DNA of 64,000 nucleotides from Acidobacteriota bacterium. GTDB lineage: Bacteria > Acidobacteriota > Thermoanaerobaculia > Gp7-AA8. Positions 59,260 to 64,000 of the stretch are shown piece after piece. The stretch lies in assembly GCA_019244185.1 (NCBI GenBank), contig JAFATB010000002.1:1-64000 (forward strand). Direction: 5' to 3'. The notes beneath the pieces are model-generated. The model was not told where the DNA came from, made no database searches, and saw only the letters and a list, made by a program, of their open reading frames with translations. Numbering within the stretch: position 1 is the first letter of the stretch; the number at the start of each line of letters is the position of its first letter. The position numbers were made by a program, and so were the translations under genes.

Positions 59260-60531
59260 TCATCGCGGCGGCGCGGGAGACTGCGCCGCCGCGTCATCGC
59301 GCGCGAAACGCTCGACGCCGCGGTCGCTGTGCTCGATGACGAGCGTCGTGCCGTCGAAGCGCAGATGCAGCCATTCGCGTCCTTCGGGGCGGAACGCGCC
59401 GTCGGTCAGCGCGAGCAGCGCGCGCTCGGCACCGCGATCGCGCGAGTAGAAAAGCCGTTCGCCTTGCGCGCGCAACGTGACGGTACCGTACGTGCCGGCG
59501 AGGCGCGCGACGTCGATCGGCTGATCCGACAACGGCACGAGCAGCCACGCGAGCTCGCGTTTGTAGTCGCTCTCCGGCGTCTTCGCGAGCAGCGTTTCGA
59601 GCGCGCGGCGATAAGCGACGTCGAACGCATCGATTGACGACGTCGCGATGCCGGGCTGCACGCCGGTGCCGTCCCACGACTTGTCCGATTCCGGCGCCAT
59701 CGCATGCGCGACCGGGATGAAGACGGCGAACGTGTCGTTGATGCGACGGTAGCGTCCCGCGTTCGCGCCGCCGCGCGTCGGCTCGCCGATCACGATCGCA
59801 CGCCCGCGTTGCTGCAGCGCGAACGCGAATGCCTCGGCCGCGGAGAACGTGCCGCGCGAGGTGAGGACGTAGACGTCGCTGCCGAGGATGCGCGGACCGG
59901 GGACGTAGGCAAGCGTGCGATCTTCCGTGAGGTGCGGCTCGGTGCGGCGGAGCGTGCGACCGATGACGGTGCGTTCGGCGAAGAGATAGCTCGCGAGGAA
60001 GTTCACCATATCGCCGCTGCCGCCGCTGTTCTGACGCAGATCGATGAGGATCGCGCCCGCATCCGCGAGCATGCGCATCGCCGCAGCCGCGGTGTCTCCC
60101 GCGTATTCGGGCGGCGGAAAGGAGTCGAGCGTGAGCAGGCCGACGTTGCCGGAGAGCCGCTCGACGCGCACGAAGTCGTACGCGCGGCGGCGAAGATCGG
60201 GAAGCCACGGCGGCTCGGTCTGCGCGGGCGTGGTGTTGTTCGTCGAAGGCGCCGGCGGTTCCGGCGCGCGTACGACGACTTCGAGATGCTCATCGTGCGC
60301 GAGGCGACGCAGCTCGTTCGTGAGCGTCGTGGCGAGCGTCTGCGGATCGTTGATCGCGTCGTAGGCACCGGCGGCGAGATGCTGCCGCAGCGTCGCCGCG
60401 ATCTGATGCGCGGACGCTTCGAAGACGTAGCTTTCGTCGACGAGCCGTGCGACGCCTTCGACGGTGTCGGTGCGCAACGCGGGAGCAAGCGTCGTCGTCG
60501 TCGCAAGCAGCAGCAGCGGAACGAGATTCAT
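59260..60531 (-). CDS. S41 family peptidase
   Basis: IDLRQNSGG, TFSAAE, IGEPTRGGA, GTGVQP; signal peptide. Confidence 0.92.
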   Translation of the reverse strand: MNLVPLLLLATTTTLAPALRTDTVEGVARLVDESYVFEASAHQIAATLRQHLAAGAYDAINDPQTLATTLTNELRRLAHDEHLEVVVRAPEPPAPSTNNTTPAQTEPPWLPDLRRRAYDFVRVERLSGNVGLLTLDSFPPPEYAGDTAAAAMRMLADAGAILIDLRQNSGGSGDMVNFLASYLFAERTVIGRTLRRTEPHLTEDRTLAYVPGPRILGSDVYVLTSRGTFSAAEAFAFALQQRGRAIVIGEPTRGGANAGRYRRINDTFAVFIPVAHAMAPESDKSWDGTGVQPGIATSSIDAFDVAYRRALETLLAKTPESDYKRELAWLLVPLSDQPIDVARLAGTYGTVTLRAQGERLFYSRDRGAERALLALTDGAFRPEGREWLHLRFDGTTLVIEHSDRGVERFARDDAAAQSPAPPR

Positions 60532-60553
60532 GCGCGCGAAGATCGCGCGAACG

Positions 60554-61363
60554 TCAGCGGCTGGTCTTGAACGGATTTGACATCAACCGCCGGAACGCGG
60601 CGGGGGAGAGGCCGAGCTCCACGCGGAAGACGCGCGTGAGATGGCTCTGATCCGCGAACCCGCACGCGAGCGCCGCGTCGGCGATCGGCACGTTCGTCGA
60701 CGTTAGCAACGCCGCGGCACGTCGCGCGCGCACGCGGCGCAAATGCTCGCCCATCGTCGTGCCGCGATAGCGGCGAAACGCGCGCGCGAGATACGCGGGA
60801 TCGACGCCGCACTCGCGCGCGACGTTCGCGAGACGCAGCGGTCCGCGTGCAGATTCGAGCAACGCTAGCGCACGGCGCACGCAGCGCGCGGGCACGACGT
60901 CGCCGCGATCTTCGCGTGCGAGCGCGTCGTGCAGTTCGATCAGCAGCTCCTGCATCGTCGCGTGCTCGTCGTCGCCGCCGATGCGGAACGCGCGATAGAG
61001 CCGCAGCAGCACGCGCGCGGGCGCGCCGCCGTGCACGATCGACCACGAGCGCGGCTCCCGCTCGACGAGCTCGCGCAACGCCGGCGCGAGACTCACGAAG
61101 AGCGATCGGTTGCCGTGCGCGCCGATGCGGTCTTCGTGCGCGACGCCGGCCGGCATCACCACGACGCTCATGCTCGTGACGCGATCGCCGCGCGCGCCGA
61201 CCTGCTCGTCGAAGCCGCCCGTCAGCGCGAGCGAGACGTAGGCGTGTTCATGCGCGTGCGCCGCGTAATGCGCGTTCGCGCGATGCTCGAGCTCCGCCAC
61301 GGAAAAGGATTCGCCCGCGACGACCGCGCGCTGCACCCCAAGCGCCGCGGGCGCGCCGTTCAT
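60554..61363 (-). CDS. AraC family transcriptional regulator
   Basis: Cupin HAHEH, YLARAFR, GFADQSHLTRVFR...SPAAFR. Confidence 0.92.
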   Translation of the reverse strand: MNGAPAALGVQRAVVAGESFSVAELEHRANAHYAAHAHEHAYVSLALTGGFDEQVGARGDRVTSMSVVVMPAGVAHEDRIGAHGNRSLFVSLAPALRELVEREPRSWSIVHGGAPARVLLRLYRAFRIGGDDEHATMQELLIELHDALAREDRGDVVPARCVRRALALLESARGPLRLANVARECGVDPAYLARAFRRYRGTTMGEHLRRVRARRAAALLTSTNVPIADAALACGFADQSHLTRVFRVELGLSPAAFRRLMSNPFKTSR

Positions 61364-62640
61364 GCGAGTCCGGCGATGGCCGCGCGCACGCGCACGAGCC
61401 CTTCCTCGCAGTCGCGCACCGACACCGCGCCGGCGCTGAGGCGGAACCAGCCATCCTCTTCCTTGGTGCCGAACGCCTGGAACGGCACGACCGCGAAGCC
61501 GGCCTGCTCGAGCAGAAAGCGCCGGATCGCCTCGTTCGTGCCGAAGCGGTCGATGAGATTGAACTGCGCGGAGAGATAGATCGCGCCCTGCGGCGCAATT
61601 GCGTTCACCGGCAAGCCCTCGCGGCGCATCTCCATCAGGCCGTCGTACAGCGTGTCGAGGCGTAGCCGCAGTTCGCGGATCATCGTCTCGTGGTACGACG
61701 CGATCTCGTCTTTTTGGCCGAGGAACGTGGCGACGGCGAGCTGCTCCGCTTTCGGGGACCAGGCGCCGACGTGACCGATGATGTCGCGCATGCGCGCGGT
61801 CACGGCGGGCGGCGCGACGGTCCAGCCGACGCGCAGACCGGTCGCGGCGAGCGCCTTCGAGATGCCGTCGACGAAGATCGTGTACGCGGCCGCCTCGGGC
61901 ACGACCTGCGGCGGCGTCCAGTGGCGGTTCTCGCCGAACGTCAGCATCCAGTAGACCTGATCCCACAGGATGAACAGCGGGCGCTGGCCGGTCGTCGCGC
62001 GTCGTTCGTTCTCTTCGACGGCGAGCGTCGCGATCGCTTCGACTTCGCCGCGGTTCATCACCGTGCCGGTCGGATTGAGCGGCGTGCAGACCGCGAGCAG
62101 CGCGGCCTCGCGCACGTGCGGCCGGATCATCGCCGCGGTCGGCATGAAGTTCGTCTCCGCGCCGACCTTCAGCTCGATCGGACGTCCGCCGCTGAGATAC
62201 GTGTAGTGATTGTTGTTCCACGACGGCGTCGGATAGATCACCGCGTCGCCGCGATCGACGACCGCGGCGTACGCCGCGAAGATGATCGGGCGCGAGCCGC
62301 CGGCGATGAGCGTCGACTCGAGCGGATACTCGAGGCCGAACGATTCCTGAAAGAATGCCAGCACCGCGCGCCGCAGCTCCAGCGTGCCGTCGGACGGCGG
62401 ATAGTTCGTCTGTCCCGCGGCGAGGTTCGCGACGATCTGCGCCTCGAGCGCGCGCGGGATGCGGAACTCCGTCGGCGCGAAGTCGCCGACCGTGAGATTC
62501 GCGACCGAGCGTCCCGACGATGCGTACGCGCGCACCTCGCCGGCGATCTTGAGCACCTCGGAACCGATGAGACCTTGCGCCAGCGACGAGAGCGAGCGGT
62601 CGGAGCAGCGCGTGAGGATGTCGGACGTTGCGTTGGCCAT
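61360..62640 (-). CDS. PLP-dependent aminotransferase class I/II
   Basis: NPTG, DQVY, GISKALAATGLRVGW, WFRLS. Confidence 0.93.
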   Translation of the reverse strand: MANATSDILTRCSDRSLSSLAQGLIGSEVLKIAGEVRAYASSGRSVANLTVGDFAPTEFRIPRALEAQIVANLAAGQTNYPPSDGTLELRRAVLAFFQESFGLEYPLESTLIAGGSRPIIFAAYAAVVDRGDAVIYPTPSWNNNHYTYLSGGRPIELKVGAETNFMPTAAMIRPHVREAALLAVCTPLNPTGTVMNRGEVEAIATLAVEENERRATTGQRPLFILWDQVYWMLTFGENRHWTPPQVVPEAAAYTIFVDGISKALAATGLRVGWTVAPPAVTARMRDIIGHVGAWSPKAEQLAVATFLGQKDEIASYHETMIRELRLRLDTLYDGLMEMRREGLPVNAIAPQGAIYLSAQFNLIDRFGTNEAIRRFLLEQAGFAVVPFQAFGTKEEDGWFRLSAGAVSVRDCEEGLVRVRAAIAGLA

Positions 62641-62647
62641 GCGCCCG

Positions 62648-63361
62648 TCAGCGTACCTGAGCGGCCTGCCCTTGCAAAGCGAGCCAATCGGGAAGCTCGG
62701 CGATCGACTCGAGGCGCGCGAAGGTCTCGTGAATCGTCGACTCGTCGACGTGCTCGTGCGCCCACGTCGCGACGTACGGGATGTGCACCGCGCTCCCGCC
62801 CGCGGCGATGGCGGGGAGGATGTCCGAGCGCAGCGAGTTACCGACCATCAGGAACTCGTCGGGCGCGACGGCGTGGCGGCGCATGATGGTTGCGTACGTC
62901 TGCGCGTTCTTCTCCGACACGATCTCGACGGCGGCGAAGAACTCGCCGATGCCCGAGCGTGCCAGCTTCGACTCCTGGTCGAAGAGGTCGCCCTTGGTTA
63001 ACAGCATTAACCGATGGGAGCGCGACAGCCGCGTCACCGTCTCGCGCACGCCGTCGAGCAGTTGCACGGGCGCCATCAGCATCGTGCGGCCCCAGTCGAT
63101 GATCTGCTGGATCTCGCGTCCGCCGATGCGACCTTCGGTCAGCTCGATGGCCGTCTCGATCATCGACAGCGTGAAGCCTTTGATCCCGTAGCCGAACTGC
63201 GCGAGGTTCTTCGTCTCCGTCGCGAGCAGCCGCGCGCGAACCCAGTCTTCGGGATGGTAGTCGCGCAGCAGTTCCGCGAGCTGGCGCTCGACGGACTGGA
63301 ACATCGTCTCGTTGTGCCAGAGCGTGTCGTCCGCGTCGAACGCGATGAGGCGGAAGGTCAT
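62648..63361 (-). CDS. HAD family hydrolase
   Basis: FDADDTLWHNE, LTKGD, MVGNSLRSDI. Confidence 0.92.
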   Translation of the reverse strand: MTFRLIAFDADDTLWHNETMFQSVERQLAELLRDYHPEDWVRARLLATETKNLAQFGYGIKGFTLSMIETAIELTEGRIGGREIQQIIDWGRTMLMAPVQLLDGVRETVTRLSRSHRLMLLTKGDLFDQESKLARSGIGEFFAAVEIVSEKNAQTYATIMRRHAVAPDEFLMVGNSLRSDILPAIAAGGSAVHIPYVATWAHEHVDESTIHETFARLESIAELPDWLALQGQAAQVR

Positions 63362-64000
63362 GCGCGGCGATTGTATGCGCGGTGGATCTTCCACAAATCG
63401 CGCAGCGCTTTCAGGAAATCGCCCGACTTGACCTTCGAGCCTTTCACGTCGTGCCACGTCTCGATCGGCAGCTCGTAGATCGCGCGCGCCGCGGCGTCGC
63501 GGCCGCGCTGGCGGACGAAGCGCGCGATGATCTCGACGTCGAAGATCCAGCGCGAGAGGAACGGCTTCGCGAACAGCTCGGGCATCGCGTCCGACATGCG
63601 AAAGAGCTTCGCGCCGCATTGCGTGTCGTAGACCGCGAGGCCGAGGGACGAAGAGATGAGCGTCGCGCCGACGCGGCCGAAATAGTGGCGCGACGGGTTG
63701 CGGCTGATCGAACGGCCGAGGAGGCGGACGCGCGCGGCGAAGACCATCTCGATGCGCGGCAGCGCGGTGAAGACGTCGAGGAACGCGCGCACCTCGGAGA
63801 GCGGCGTCGCGAGATCCGCATCCCAGAAGCCGAAGAAGTCGGGACGGCGCTCCATCGCCGCGAGCATCCCGCGCCGCACCGCTTCCGCCTTGCCGGAGTT
63901 CTGCTCGAGATTCACCACGAAGTAGCGCGAGGGATCTTCGTCATGCAGCGATTCGAGGAGGCGCAGCGTGCCGTCGGTGCTCCCGTCGTTGACGAAGCAG
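63358..64000 (-). CDS. Glycosyltransferase family 2 (Dol-P-glucosyltransferase-like); 5' end outside the window
   Basis: FVNDGSTD, GKAEAVR, DADLATP, DTQCGAKLF, WIFDVE. Confidence 0.92.
   Translation of the reverse strand, partial: CFVNDGSTDGTLRLLESLHDEDPSRYFVVNLEQNSGKAEAVRRGMLAAMERRPDFFGFWDADLATPLSEVRAFLDVFTALPRIEMVFAARVRLLGRSISRNPSRHYFGRVGATLISSSLGLAVYDTQCGAKLFRMSDAMPELFAKPFLSRWIFDVEIIARFVRQRGRDAAARAIYELPIETWHDVKGSKVKSGDFLKALRDLWKIHRAYNRRA

Noticed and set aside
827-63925. Many long antisense or alternative-frame ORFs (e.g. 6700..9576, 13506..16958, 20043..23009, 51293..53623)
   Set aside because: Arg/Ala-rich shadow frames expected in high-GC DNA; each overlaps a gene with clear family motifs.

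Overview
GC-rich bacterial chromosomal DNA, very rich in CG/CGCG/TCGA. The gene content (Oar-type TonB receptor, sulfatase-TPR, YfhO, spmA/spmB) suggests Acidobacteriota, possibly Thermoanaerobaculia; this is inference only. It holds about 58 densely packed genes, mostly housekeeping: kup, clpS-clpA-aat, pepE, a UvrD helicase, lysA, thyA-folA, aspS-aroB, PBP1A and uvrB. I saw no rRNA, tRNA, CRISPR array or transposase. The best candidate for an undescribed system is a compact three-gene RiPP-like operon at 10151-11653 (-). It encodes a 74-aa peptide with an internal G-C-x-x-C-G-x-G motif, followed by a 12-bp hairpin, a DUF692/MNIO multinuclear iron enzyme and an overlapping small helical partner, directly upstream of clpS-clpA-aat. 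The second candidate is an orphan DUF4157 (eCIS-associated) protein with three unrecognised ~80-aa repeats and a toxin-like C-terminus, overlapping a SAM-methyltransferase/TPR gene (53434-56648). Other oddities: a 40-bp inverted repeat built from heptamers with skewed flanks (~30.0 kb), three frameshifts within 1 kb including a broken vapC (46.8-48.2 kb), a possible chimeric junction inside kup, and widespread leaderless-type promoters. All product calls come from motifs read by eye; no database searches were run.
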